Notes under the pieces: model-generated
Databases searched by the model: none
Told to the model about the DNA's origin: nothing
Seen by the model: only the letters and a program-made list of their open reading frames with translations
Shown here: piece by piece, positions 30,772 to 40,169 of the stretch
How positions within the stretch are numbered: the first letter of the stretch is position 1
Layout of the letters: every line of letters begins with the position of its first letter
Origin: Gemmatimonadota bacterium
GTDB taxonomy: Bacteria; Gemmatimonadota; Gemmatimonadetes; Palauibacterales; Palauibacteraceae
NCBI GenBank assembly: GCA_965116475.1
Contig: OZ220691.1
Coordinates: 2,528,001-2,592,000 of the forward strand
Reading direction: 5' to 3'
Length of the DNA stretch: 64,000 nt
Position numbers and translations under genes: made by a program

Positions 30772-32679
30772 ATGATGTCTGTCGCTTTCCGCCCCCGCTC
30801 TCCCCGCCACCTGCCGACGCCCCGCGTCGCGCTCGCGGCCCTGCTGCTCCTGGCGCTGCCCCCGGTCGTCGAAGCCCAGCGCACGGCCAAGCCGGTCCTG
30901 CACGGACGGCACTGGATGGCGATCACCGGCAAGCCGCTCGGCGCCACCGCCGGAGCGCGCATGTTCCACCAGGGCGGGAACGCGGTCGACGCGGCCGCCG
31001 CCATGCTCGCCGCGACCTCCACGATGTGGGACGTGCTCTCGTGGGGAGGGGAAACGCAGGCGCTCGTCTATCACCCCGGAGAACAGCGCGTGATCGGCGT
31101 CAACGCGCTCGGCGTGGCTCCGACCGGCGCCACCCCCGAACACTACCGCGCGGAGGGCCACGACAACTTCCCGCCCGAGTTCGGCCCGCTGTCGGCCGTG
31201 ACCCCCGGCACGCCCGGCGGGCTCATGACGATGCTCGCCGAGTGGGGGCGGCTGAGCCTCGCCGATGTGCTGCAGCCCTCGATCGAGATGGCGGACGGGT
31301 ACCCGATCGAAGCGGACGCGGCGCGCCGCATCCGGAATACGGTGGACGAGATTCGGCAGTGGCCGTCGTCCATGGACGTCTACTTCACCCACCCGGATGA
31401 CGCGGAGAACCCGGGCCCGCGGGAGGGCGAGATCTTCCGGCAGCCCGGCCTCAAGCGGACGCTCGAACGCCTCGTGGAGGCCGAGGCCGCGGCGCTGGCG
31501 GGAGGCGCCAGCCGCAGGGAGGCGATCTACGCCGCCTACGACGCCTTCTACCGGGGCGACATCGCGGCGGATTTCGTCGCGGGCGCGCAGGCGGCCGGCG
31601 CGCTCATCACGATGGAGGACATGGCGAACTGGCAGGTCTACCTGGAGGAACCCGTCACCGCCAACTACAAGGGGATCGACGTCTACAAGCTCACGACCTG
31701 GGTCCAGGGCCCCGTCATGCTGCAGGCGCTCAACATGGCCGAGCAGCTCGACCTCCGGGCCATGGGGTACAACAGCGCGAACTATCTCCACGCCCTCTAC
31801 CAAGTGATGAACCTCTCCTTCGCCGATCGCGACTTCTACTACGGGGACCCCTACTTCCCGCCCGCGGAACCGATCGAAGGACTCCTCTCGAAGGACTACG
31901 CGAAGGCCCGGCTCGAGACCATCGACTGGGACCGGAACGACCCGAACGCGGGGCCCGGCGATCCCTATCCCTTCCAGGGTGAGGAGAACCCCTTCGCCGA
32001 TCTGCTCGAGCGCTGGGGGACGCGGGCCGCCGTCACGACCGAGCAGGGCGTCGAGTTGTCGCTGGGCGATCACGCGGAACTCGACGAAGACTTCTATCTC
32101 GGCACGACCTCCGTGCAGGCGGCGGACGCCGAGGGCTGGGTCGTCTCCATCACGCCCTCCGGCGGCTGGATCCCCGCCGTCGTCGCCGGGGAGACGGGCA
32201 TCGGGCTCTCGCAGCGGGCCCAGAGCTTCGTGCTGGACGAGGCGGACAACCCGTACAACGTGATCGAGCCCGGCAAGCGGCCCCGCGCCACGCTCACGCC
32301 GGGCATGGCGCTCAAGGACGGCCGTCCCTTCCTCTCCTTCGCGGTCCAGGGCGGCGACGGACAGGATCAGAATCTGCTCCAGTTCTTCCTCAACGTGGTC
32401 GAGTGGGACATGAACGTGCAGCAGGCGGTCGAGGCGCCGAACATGAACAGCTATCAGATGCGCGGCTCGTTCGGCCAGCATGAGACGCGCCCGGGACGGA
32501 TGCTCCTGCAGGATGCGACGCCGCCCTGGATCCGCTCCGCCCTGGAGTCGATGGGATACGAACTGACGTTCTCGGAGCGCACGTCAGGGCCGATCAACGC
32601 GATCTTCTTCGACTGGGAGAACGACGCCTTCTGGGGTGGCTCGAGCCACCACGGCGACGACTACGGCATCGCGTGGTGA
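30772..32679 (+). CDS. ggt: Gamma-glutamyltransferase family protein, secreted
   Basis: Signal peptide, GGNAVDAA, AFYRGDIA, FADRD, GTT (nucleophile Thr), PGKRPRATLTP. Confidence 0.9.
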   Translation: MMSVAFRPRSPRHLPTPRVALAALLLLALPPVVEAQRTAKPVLHGRHWMAITGKPLGATAGARMFHQGGNAVDAAAAMLAATSTMWDVLSWGGETQALVYHPGEQRVIGVNALGVAPTGATPEHYRAEGHDNFPPEFGPLSAVTPGTPGGLMTMLAEWGRLSLADVLQPSIEMADGYPIEADAARRIRNTVDEIRQWPSSMDVYFTHPDDAENPGPREGEIFRQPGLKRTLERLVEAEAAALAGGASRREAIYAAYDAFYRGDIAADFVAGAQAAGALITMEDMANWQVYLEEPVTANYKGIDVYKLTTWVQGPVMLQALNMAEQLDLRAMGYNSANYLHALYQVMNLSFADRDFYYGDPYFPPAEPIEGLLSKDYAKARLETIDWDRNDPNAGPGDPYPFQGEENPFADLLERWGTRAAVTTEQGVELSLGDHAELDEDFYLGTTSVQAADAEGWVVSITPSGGWIPAVVAGETGIGLSQRAQSFVLDEADNPYNVIEPGKRPRATLTPGMALKDGRPFLSFAVQGGDGQDQNLLQFFLNVVEWDMNVQQAVEAPNMNSYQMRGSFGQHETRPGRMLLQDATPPWIRSALESMGYELTFSERTSGPINAIFFDWENDAFWGGSSHHGDDYGIAW

Positions 32680-32718
32680 CCGCGCCCCGGTGCGGTTGAC
32701 AGCGCTCTGTTCGCCGCT

Positions 32719-34515
32719 CTATTCGCCGCGCTCCATCACGTCGAACAGATCGTAGCGCCCCGGTGAACGGGTCCGGCCGCCCCGGCGGTCGGATCCGTCG
32801 CGCGGGCCGTCCGCGTCCCCTTCGGCGGGCCGGAGTTCGGCGGGGTCCGCGGGACGCTGCAGGTGCCAGTCGGTCGCGCGCTGGTACGCCGCGATGACGG
32901 CGAGCAGGTGGTGCTCCGCGTAGGGTTCCGCGCCGAACATGCCTCCGATGGGCCTCGGGTACCCCGTCGACCCGGTCTCGAACCCGATCGGGAAGCCGAT
33001 GAGCGGCAGCCCCACCATGTCGAAGGGGAAGGGCGCGGTCTGCGTCACGAGGTCGCAGCGGCCGAACACTTCGTCGAGGATTTCCTCCAGGAGGACGAGC
33101 CGGGCCCGCGAGCCCCGCACGTACTCCGCCGCGGGCAGGAGGAGGCCATTGATCCAGGGCGCGAGCGAGACGCCGAACTTCCTCACGTCATCCCGCAGGT
33201 GTTCGAGGAAAATCTCGGAGCGCTCCGGGAGCCGCACGTTGTTGAAGTTGAAGCTCGTCAGCGTCTCCCAGTGGGTCGGGAAGTCGAGTTCGACGACCTC
33301 CGCTCCCAGCTCCTCGAGGGTCGCGAGCATCCGCCGCCGCGCCTCCGCCGTCGCCACCTCGCGGCGGTACGCCGCCTGCGTCCGCTCGCGCCGCGGGAAC
33401 GAACTCCCGATGCGGTCGACGTCGGGGTCCGGCTCGGGCGCGGTGTCCTCCGGGGGCTCGGGCTCGTCCAGAAAGCCGGGCAGGACGCCGATCCGGACCG
33501 CTCCCCCGCGCTCCGGATGCGTGAGCGCGCCGTCGGCCTCGCGCACCGCCGCCAGGTAATCCGGCACCGGCGGGAGGCCGAGGGATCGGGGGTCCGCGGG
33601 GTCCGGCCCCGCCATGATCTGCAGCATCAGCGCGGCGTCGACCGCGTCCCTGGCCAGGGGGCCGGGGTGATCGCGGGTATAGGTGAGAGGCAGGATCCCG
33701 TGCAGCGAGACCCGGCCCATCGTCGGCTTGATGCCCGTCAGGGCCTGCGCGTTCGAGGGGTTCGTGATCGAGCCGCCCGTCTGCGTCCCGGTGCTCGAAG
33801 CGGCCATGCGCGCCGCGACCGCCGTCGCCGATCCGCTCGAGGATCCGCCCGGGCTCACGTCGTCGTGGTGCGGGGCCCAGGCGTTGACGGTCGTGCGCTC
33901 ACCCGTGGGCGTCGACGCGGCGGTCGTCGCCAGCGGCCCCATCTGGGTCTTGCCGAGCAGGATCGCGCCCGCGTCGCGCAGCCGGGCCCACGAGGTCGCG
34001 TCGAAGTCCGGCACGAAATCCTCGAAGATGAACGAGTTGGCCGTCGTGCGGACCCCGGCCGTGAAGTAGTTGTCCTTGATCGCGAGCGGCACCCCCGTCA
34101 GCGGCGCCCGCCCGCGCGTCCGGTCGGCGATCCGCGCCGCCTCGAGCGCGGTCCGGGGAACCACCGTGTTGAACGCGTGGTAGCGGGGTTCCCACCGCCC
34201 GATCCGCGCGAGATACGCTTCCACGAGTTCGACCGCGCCCACGTCGCCCTCCCGAAGCAGCCGCGCCGCCTCCGCGAGCGTGAGTTCGGTCAGGTCCGCA
34301 GGTTGCGGACGGCCCGCCGGCGGAAGGTCCGGTTCGCCGCGGCGTCCGGCCGCGGCACGCCCGCCCGCTCCGGTCGCCCCGGTCGCCCGCGGGAATCGCG
34401 TCGCGGCCCCGGCCGCCGCCCCGGGGATCGCGGCCAGCGTCGCGGGGGTCGCCACGGCGGTCGCGGTCAGCGCCGTCATGCGCTCGAGGAAGCGGCGCCG
34501 GTTCACCTTACCCAC
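32719..34515 (-). CDS. Amidase-signature family protein with Tat signal
   Basis: NRRRFL; AIKD, GKT, PGGSSSGSA, GTQTGGSI, GIKPTMGRV. Confidence 0.9.
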   Translation of the reverse strand: MGKVNRRRFLERMTALTATAVATPATLAAIPGAAAGAATRFPRATGATGAGGRAAAGRRGEPDLPPAGRPQPADLTELTLAEAARLLREGDVGAVELVEAYLARIGRWEPRYHAFNTVVPRTALEAARIADRTRGRAPLTGVPLAIKDNYFTAGVRTTANSFIFEDFVPDFDATSWARLRDAGAILLGKTQMGPLATTAASTPTGERTTVNAWAPHHDDVSPGGSSSGSATAVAARMAASSTGTQTGGSITNPSNAQALTGIKPTMGRVSLHGILPLTYTRDHPGPLARDAVDAALMLQIMAGPDPADPRSLGLPPVPDYLAAVREADGALTHPERGGAVRIGVLPGFLDEPEPPEDTAPEPDPDVDRIGSSFPRRERTQAAYRREVATAEARRRMLATLEELGAEVVELDFPTHWETLTSFNFNNVRLPERSEIFLEHLRDDVRKFGVSLAPWINGLLLPAAEYVRGSRARLVLLEEILDEVFGRCDLVTQTAPFPFDMVGLPLIGFPIGFETGSTGYPRPIGGMFGAEPYAEHHLLAVIAAYQRATDWHLQRPADPAELRPAEGDADGPRDGSDRRGGRTRSPGRYDLFDVMERGE

Positions 34516-34792
34516 GGTTCCACGCGCTCACTTCGGCCGGGTAGATGGCGGGCGCCGGCCCCATCGGGTCCAACTCGAAGTCGGCGATCGCCCCGGGCGT
34601 CGACCTCAGGAAGCGCCGCGCGGACGCCATGATGCGGCGCTGGTCCGCCGGCGCATCCTCGTCGTCCTCGGGGAGCACGGAGAGATCGACGCCCGCGAGC
34701 GCGAGGCGCGTGCGGATGTACGCGTCGAGTTGCTCGTCCGTCACCTCCTGCGACGACGCGACGGGACGCGGCGGAGCGGATCGGCGGACCAT
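34508..34792 (-). CDS. Small (94 aa) hypothetical protein overlapping the amidase start; GatC/AtzG-like candidate
   Basis: GGAGG RBS before ATG 34792; 8-nt overlap with the amidase; predicted helical with a PAPAIYP tail. Confidence 0.75.
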   Translation of the reverse strand: MVRRSAPPRPVASSQEVTDEQLDAYIRTRLALAGVDLSVLPEDDEDAPADQRRIMASARRFLRSTPGAIADFELDPMGPAPAIYPAEVSAWNRG

Positions 34793-34883
34793 GGCGCCTC
34801 CGTTGGGAAGATGTTCGGAAGCATCATGATGCCGGGGATCGTCGCGCGCCACGGGGTCGTCCGTTTCCGCACGCTGGCGGGGT

Positions 34884-34912
34884 TTGCCGCGAACCGCAGG
34901 CTGCGCTAACGT
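34884..34912 (+). promoter_or_regulatory. Sigma70-type promoter of the ncRNA
   Basis: TTGCCG (34884-34889), 17-nt spacer, TAACGT (34907-34912). Confidence 0.6.
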
Positions 34913-34917
34913 TCCCG

Positions 34918-35071
34918 GAGACGGATGCAAGGCACATTTCTTGAGCCAACAATTGCCCATAGAGTCTCCGATCCGGAGGCGGACGTCATGCCCTGCGGGG
35001 ACGGCGAAAACCGATGGGAGGGGCCGAACCGTGTTGCGGAGGGCTTCAAGAAATCCCCTGCATCCGATTCT
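34918..35071 (+). ncRNA. ssrS: Probable 6S RNA
   Basis: Rod-like hairpin: CGGATGCA/TGCATCCG, ATTTCTTGA-GCC/GGC-T-TCAAGAAAT, central bubble, apical stems CTCC/GGAG, CGTC/GACG. TTGAGCC...GGCTTCAAG resembles the conserved 6S flanks. Has its own promoter and terminator. Confidence 0.75.
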
Positions 35072-35075
35072 ACAG

Positions 35076-35103
35076 AGGGGGTGACCCACGGGTCGCCCCT
35101 TTT
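35076..35103 (+). terminator. Intrinsic terminator after the ncRNA
   Basis: GGGGTGACC-CACG-GGTCGCCCC followed by TTTT. Confidence 0.75.
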
Positions 35104-35160
35104 GCATCCCGGGCGGGGCGCGGCGGCGCGGGACAGGAGGGGACGGCATGGGACGGTGGC

Positions 35161-35901
35161 GTGTTTCTCGAACTGGCTGAAGTCCTCGACTGTCCCGACT
35201 GCGGGGCGTCGGCCGGGCTCGTCGCCTTCGTCGACCGGGCGGAGTCGCGTCGCGTCGTCGAGGGGTGGCTGGGCTGCCCCCTGTGCGAGATCGAGGTGCC
35301 CATCCGCGGGGGGGCGATGCGCTTCGATCTCTCCGAGGCCGGGCGACCCGAAGCCGGGCAACCCGAGGCCGGGAAACCCGAGGCGGGGCACCGCGCCGGC
35401 CCGGGCGCCGCGACGCCGGTCGAGGGCACGGCGGCTTCGGCCGGGCTCGCCCGGGAATCCGGTCCGGACGCGGCGCTGCGCATCGCCGCCCTGCTGGGCG
35501 TGAGCGACCGGGCCGGCATGGCGGTGCTCCTGGGCCCGCGGCTCGCCGCGCATGCCCCCGCCATCGCCCGGCTCGGAGATCGCGTCGAGGTCCTCGCCTG
35601 GCTGTCGGACCCCGGCGGCGGTCCCCCTCCCGCCGCCATGGCCATCGAGGATCTCGCCGGGGGCGTCGATCCGCTCCTGGGCGCCTCGCCCGACCGCTGG
35701 CCGGTCCGCTCCGGCGCACTGCACGGCATCGCGCTCGCCGCGCCCATGGCGCTCCGACTGTCCGAGGTCACCCGCTGCGCGCGGCCCGGCGCGCGCCTCG
35801 TCGTCGAGGCGCCGACCCCTCCCGAGCTCGAATCGCTCGCCGCGTCCGAGTTCGCGGAAGTCGCCTCCGACCGCACCGTGTGGGTCGGGGAACGTCGTTA
35901 A
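35161..35901 (+). CDS. Trm112-like zinc-ribbon protein with a degenerate methyltransferase-like C-terminus
   Basis: LAEVLDCPDC...EGWLGCPLCEIEVPIRGG; C-terminal EVTRCARPGARLVVE. Confidence 0.65.
   Translation: MFLELAEVLDCPDCGASAGLVAFVDRAESRRVVEGWLGCPLCEIEVPIRGGAMRFDLSEAGRPEAGQPEAGKPEAGHRAGPGAATPVEGTAASAGLARESGPDAALRIAALLGVSDRAGMAVLLGPRLAAHAPAIARLGDRVEVLAWLSDPGGGPPPAAMAIEDLAGGVDPLLGASPDRWPVRSGALHGIALAAPMALRLSEVTRCARPGARLVVEAPTPPELESLAASEFAEVASDRTVWVGERR
35335..35391 (+). repeat. 15-bp in-frame tandem repeat, four copies
   Basis: Encodes EAGRP-EAGQP-EAGKP-EAGH. Confidence 0.8.
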
Positions 35902-35915
35902 GCGTAGCCGGAAAT

Positions 35916-35943
35916 TTGCCACAGCCTGACGAAACGCTATAAT
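35916..35943 (+). promoter_or_regulatory. Sigma70-type promoter for the TPR gene
   Basis: TTGCCA, 16-nt spacer, TATAAT (35938-35943). Confidence 0.65.
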
Positions 35944-36027
35944 TCTCCGTTGTCGCCAGATGTGTGGGGCTGTGTGGAATGTGGTTGAGTGAGATGTACG
36001 GTCCAGCTCGCTCGGGGGGAGGGTGGC

Positions 36028-36462
36028 ATGGTGTGGTGGAAGATCTGGGACAGTGACGGAAGGCGCCGACGGAAGCAGCCGGACTTCTACGAGGAAGGTG
36101 TGGAGTTGGTTCGGCAGGAACTTTACCATGAGGCGCTCATCTCGTTTCGTCTCTGCTTGAAGTACAACCCGCGGCATCCGGCCACGCTGGAACAGATGGC
36201 CGTGGTGTACACGCACATTGGACTCACCGATGATGCGGTTCGCGCCTACGGGGCCGCGCTCGAGGAGCGGCCGCGCAGCACGGCGGCGCACTACGGCTTG
36301 GCTTTTCTCCTGTTGAAGAAAGGCGCCGAGCGGGACGCCTCGCGGCACCTTCAGGAATTCCTGGCCTATGCGCGGGGAGACCGGGAAGAGCCGCGGCATC
36401 TCGAGCACGCACGCCGCACCCTGCAGCGGCTGGGGGTGCCGGCGGAATCGGTCGCGCACTAG
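36028..36462 (+). CDS. Tetratricopeptide repeat protein
   Basis: YHEALISFRLCLKYNP, AVRAYGAALEERP, AAHYGLAFLL; RBS GGAGG. Confidence 0.8.
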   Translation: MVWWKIWDSDGRRRRKQPDFYEEGVELVRQELYHEALISFRLCLKYNPRHPATLEQMAVVYTHIGLTDDAVRAYGAALEERPRSTAAHYGLAFLLLKKGAERDASRHLQEFLAYARGDREEPRHLEHARRTLQRLGVPAESVAH

Positions 36463-36480
36463 CGGCCGCGCAGCTGCAGC

Positions 36481-38352
36481 GTGCACGTCTCGAGCCCGCT
36501 CCCGGAAGACTATCGTTCCGGCACATTACCCGACCTCTTCCTCGACGGGCTCTCGCGGCCCAGAGCTGACGCCGCGCGAACGCGGGGAGCAGACGGCGCC
36601 TGGGTCTCGACCTCCACGGATGACATCGGGCGCCGCGCCCGCGCCATCGCGCTCGGGCTCCGAACGCGAGGCTTCGAGGTGGGCGACCGCATCGCGATCC
36701 TCTCGCAGACCCGCCTCGAGTGGGCCCTGGCCGACTGGGGCATCGTCATGGCGGGGCTCACCTCCGTCCCCGTCTACCCGGTGCTTCCCGCCGACCAGGT
36801 TCGCTACATCCTCGCGGACTCCGGCGCGCGCGCCGTGTTCGTGGAAGACCAGGAGCAGCTGGACAAGGTCGCGGAGGTAAAGGACGACCTGCCCGCGCTG
36901 GAACTGGCCATCGCCTTCGCGCCCGTACGGGCGCCCGACGGATCCTCGCTCGCGACGCTGCAGTTGGACGCCCTCTCCGATCTCGGCGAGTCCGCGCCCG
37001 AAGCGCTCGCGTCGACGTACGAGGCGCACGCCCGGAAGACGCGTCCGGAAGACCTGGCGACGCTCATCTACACCTCGGGCACGACCGGCGACCCGAAGGG
37101 CGTGATGCTCACGCACGGCAACTTCCATTCGAACGCGGACATGGCGCTGCGGGTCTTCCCGATCGACTCCACGCACGTGGCCCTCGCGCTCCTGCCCCTC
37201 GCGCACGTGTTCGAGCGCACGGTCGGCCATTACATCATGTGGCGAGCGGGGGTGACCGTTGCCTACGCGGAGTCCCCCAACACGGTGGCCCGCGATCTAG
37301 GCGAAGTGTCGCCCACCTTCATGGCCGCCGTCCCGCGCGTGTTCGAGAAGGTGCTCGAGCGGGCCGAAGCCAGCGCCCGGGAGGCGGGCGGTGCCAAGCA
37401 GAAGATCTTCGACTGGGCGCGGCGTGTCGGGGAGACGCGTGCGATGGCCGAACTCGAGGGACGTCGGGTGGGGCCGGGTCTCCGCCTTCAGGCCGGGCTC
37501 GCCGACCGCCTCGTGTTCTCGAAGCTGCGCGCCCGGACGGGAGGACAGGTCCGCTACTTCGTGAGCGGCGGGGCCCCGCTCGCGCCCGCCATCGCCCGCT
37601 TCTTCTTCGCGGCGCGCCTGCCCATCGTCGAAGGGTACGGGCTCACGGAGACCTCGCCCGCCGTCAGCTTCAATCCGATCGACGCCATCCGCCTCGGCAC
37701 GGTCGGGAAGCCGATCCCCGGCACCGAGATCCGGATCGCCGAGGACGGCGAGATCGTGATCCGCGGGCCGCAGATCATGGCGGGCTACTACAACAAGCCC
37801 GAGGCGACGGCCGAAGCCATCGACGACGACGGCTGGTTCCATACCGGCGATGTGGGCGAGATCGACGAGGACGGGTATCTCCGAATCACGGACCGCAAGA
37901 AGGATCTCATCATCACCGCCTACGGCAAGAACATCGCCCCGCAGCCCGTCGAGGCGGAGATCAAGCGGCACCCGATGGTGGCGGAAGCCGTGATGCTGGG
38001 TGACGGGAGAAAGTTCCCGATCGTCATCGTCGTGCCGGAATTCGAAGCCGTCCGCCCGGAACTGCACGGGGTCGAGGAAGCGGCGGACGCCGATCTCGTC
38101 GCCGACGCCCGGACGCGCGCCATGATCGAAGGGGCCGTGCGCGAACGCTGCCGGGACTTCGCGCACTACGAGAGGCCGCGCGACGTGCTCCTCGTCCCCG
38201 GGCCGTTCACCGTCGAGGGCGGGGAGTTGACGCCGACGCTGAAGGTCAAGCGCCGCGTGATCGAAGCCCGCTTCGCCGACGCGATCGAAGCGCTCTACGA
38301 GCGGGCCGAGGACGCCATGAGCGGACGGGAAAAAGAGCGGGACCGCCCGTGA
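36481..38352 (+). CDS. Long-chain fatty acid--CoA ligase
   Basis: YTSGTTGDPKG, LPLAHVFER, EGYGLTET, TGDVG, DRKKD, TPTLKVKR. Confidence 0.93.
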   Translation: MHVSSPLPEDYRSGTLPDLFLDGLSRPRADAARTRGADGAWVSTSTDDIGRRARAIALGLRTRGFEVGDRIAILSQTRLEWALADWGIVMAGLTSVPVYPVLPADQVRYILADSGARAVFVEDQEQLDKVAEVKDDLPALELAIAFAPVRAPDGSSLATLQLDALSDLGESAPEALASTYEAHARKTRPEDLATLIYTSGTTGDPKGVMLTHGNFHSNADMALRVFPIDSTHVALALLPLAHVFERTVGHYIMWRAGVTVAYAESPNTVARDLGEVSPTFMAAVPRVFEKVLERAEASAREAGGAKQKIFDWARRVGETRAMAELEGRRVGPGLRLQAGLADRLVFSKLRARTGGQVRYFVSGGAPLAPAIARFFFAARLPIVEGYGLTETSPAVSFNPIDAIRLGTVGKPIPGTEIRIAEDGEIVIRGPQIMAGYYNKPEATAEAIDDDGWFHTGDVGEIDEDGYLRITDRKKDLIITAYGKNIAPQPVEAEIKRHPMVAEAVMLGDGRKFPIVIVVPEFEAVRPELHGVEEAADADLVADARTRAMIEGAVRERCRDFAHYERPRDVLLVPGPFTVEGGELTPTLKVKRRVIEARFADAIEALYERAEDAMSGREKERDRP

Positions 38353-38669
38353 GCGACGTCGTGGCCGGGCTCGTCACGGGGCCCGACCGCGAACAACTCG
38401 TGCGGCTGGGACGGACCCTCGTCGAAGAACGGCTCATCGCCTGTCTGAACGTCGTGGACCGGGTGGCCTCCGTCTATCGCTGGGAGGGCGAGGTGTGCGA
38501 GGACGCGGAGGCGCTCGGCATCCTCAAGACGACGGCCGCCCGCACCGATGCCGTCGCGCGGCGCATCCGCGACCTCCACCCCTACGATGTCCCGGAGGTC
38601 CTCTTCATCCCCGTGGCCGCCGGTTCCGCCCCCTACCTGGACTGGGTCTCCGGCCAGGTGAGCGCATAG
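38349..38669 (+). CDS. cutA: Divalent-cation tolerance protein CutA
   Basis: LVEERLIACLN, SVYRWEG, LHPYDVPE, YLDWV. Confidence 0.93.
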   Translation: MSDVVAGLVTGPDREQLVRLGRTLVEERLIACLNVVDRVASVYRWEGEVCEDAEALGILKTTAARTDAVARRIRDLHPYDVPEVLFIPVAAGSAPYLDWVSGQVSA

Positions 38670-38681
38670 CGCCGTCGCGGC

Positions 38682-39467
38682 TCAGCCGCCCCCGTCGTTC
38701 TCCGCGCGGTACCAGAACCAGAAGATGACGCCCGCCGCCGTCCACAGGATCGTGCCTCCTCCGATCCGCATGATCAGTCCCGCGAGCCGCTGGTCTTCCC
38801 CCGCGGAGAGCGTGCCCACCGGCGGCGCGAGTTCGTACGTCGCGTAGAAGGGGAGTTCCGCGAACGTCAGGAAGACGTACGGCAGCGTCATCAGCACGGT
38901 GCTCGCGATCAGATAGCAGATCCGCACGCCGAGCGGAAAGCGCGGCCGGTGCGGGACCGGACTCACGACCGGCCACCAGAAAACGAGTCCGCCGCATAAC
39001 CAAGCCATGTCGAGGACGAGCGAGCCCGCCTGCGAGGCCATGAGACCGTCCACGACCTCCGGCCAGTGCGTCGCGATGACGATCGCGTTGAAGAAGAGCA
39101 GCGCGATGAGAGGTCGCGCGAGGAAGCCGAGGAGGGAGAGGACCCGGCCGACGCGGACTCGCTCAAGCGCCGCGCGCGGAAGTCCCGCGATGAGGAGCGG
39201 CGGGGCCAGCAGCGCGATGAGGAGAAACTGCACCATGTGCACCGACGCCAGGTATCCCGAACCCAGCGCACCCACCGGCCAGTCCAGCGCGACCCAGAGT
39301 ATGAGCACGCCGCCCGCGAAGCGCACGACCTCGAGTCGCGATGGCGCGGCGCCCCGCGTGATTGCGCAGTAGGCGAGGCAGAGGAGCGCGACGAAGAGCC
39401 AGACGCCCGGGTAGGGGCGCCACGACCAGTCCCAGGGGATGTCCTGGGCCGCACACCACCATTGCAT
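38682..39467 (-). CDS. ctaG: Cytochrome c oxidase assembly protein (caa3-type CtaG family)
   Basis: Multi-TM; SVHMVQFLL, APPLL, FWWPV, EDQRLAGLIM; next to the SCO gene. Confidence 0.85.
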   Translation of the reverse strand: MQWWCAAQDIPWDWSWRPYPGVWLFVALLCLAYCAITRGAAPSRLEVVRFAGGVLILWVALDWPVGALGSGYLASVHMVQFLLIALLAPPLLIAGLPRAALERVRVGRVLSLLGFLARPLIALLFFNAIVIATHWPEVVDGLMASQAGSLVLDMAWLCGGLVFWWPVVSPVPHRPRFPLGVRICYLIASTVLMTLPYVFLTFAELPFYATYELAPPVGTLSAGEDQRLAGLIMRIGGGTILWTAAGVIFWFWYRAENDGGG

Positions 39468-39476
39468 CGCGTGGCC

Positions 39477-40169
39477 TCAGCCGCCGCTCGTACCCGCTTC
39501 GCCCCCCGGGCTCGACACGGACCGGTTGAGACGCAGGAGCAGCGGAAGATCGTGCCGCCAGTCGGTCTGGCGCACGCCGCTCGGGTACAGCGCCCGCGCC
39601 ACGCCGTCGCCCGTGACGGCGACGACCGGCGTCGCGTGTCCCACGAAATACGGCTCTCCCGCGCCCGGCGGGGGGGACGCCCCTTCGATGCGCGCGGGCG
39701 GAAGGCGGAATCCGGCCTGGATCTCGTTCACCGTCTCCAACTCCCCGCGGAGGCCGACGAAGGACTCGTCGAAAAGGTCCAGCCAGCTCCGCAGCCGGTC
39801 CGGCGTGTCGCGCGAAGGATCCGTCGTCACGAAGACGACGTGGATCTCGCGGCGATCCGCGTACGGAAGATCGTCGAGCGCCGCCCCGAGCACCGCCATC
39901 TGCACGGGACAGATGTCCGGGCAGTTCGTATATCCGAAGAAGAGCAGCGTGAGCGCCCCCGCGGTCTCCCGCCGGAAGTCGAACCGGCGCCCGCGGGAAT
40001 CCGCCAGGGCGAATTCCGGCGCCTCGAACGGCTGGTCGAGCGCCAGCCCGCGCAGCTCGCCCGTGCCCTCCGTGCGGTCGATCGCCGCGTCCGGGGAGGC
40101 GCAGGCGACCCCGGCAAGACCGGCGCCGCACGCGACCGCGACGGCGGCGGCGACGCGCCCCGTCCTCAT
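39477..40169 (-). CDS. SCO1/SenC-family copper chaperone, lipoprotein
   Basis: FFGYTNCPDICP, TDPSRDTP, conserved His (VGHA). Confidence 0.92.
   Translation of the reverse strand: MRTGRVAAAVAVACGAGLAGVACASPDAAIDRTEGTGELRGLALDQPFEAPEFALADSRGRRFDFRRETAGALTLLFFGYTNCPDICPVQMAVLGAALDDLPYADRREIHVVFVTTDPSRDTPDRLRSWLDLFDESFVGLRGELETVNEIQAGFRLPPARIEGASPPPGAGEPYFVGHATPVVAVTGDGVARALYPSGVRQTDWRHDLPLLLRLNRSVSSPGGEAGTSGG

Noticed and set aside
34793..35160. ORFs crossing this spacer (34925..35503, and the extensions of 35014..35901 and 34508..35719)
   Set aside because: Better explained by the promoter, 6S-like RNA and terminator; plausible starts lie at 34792 and 35161.
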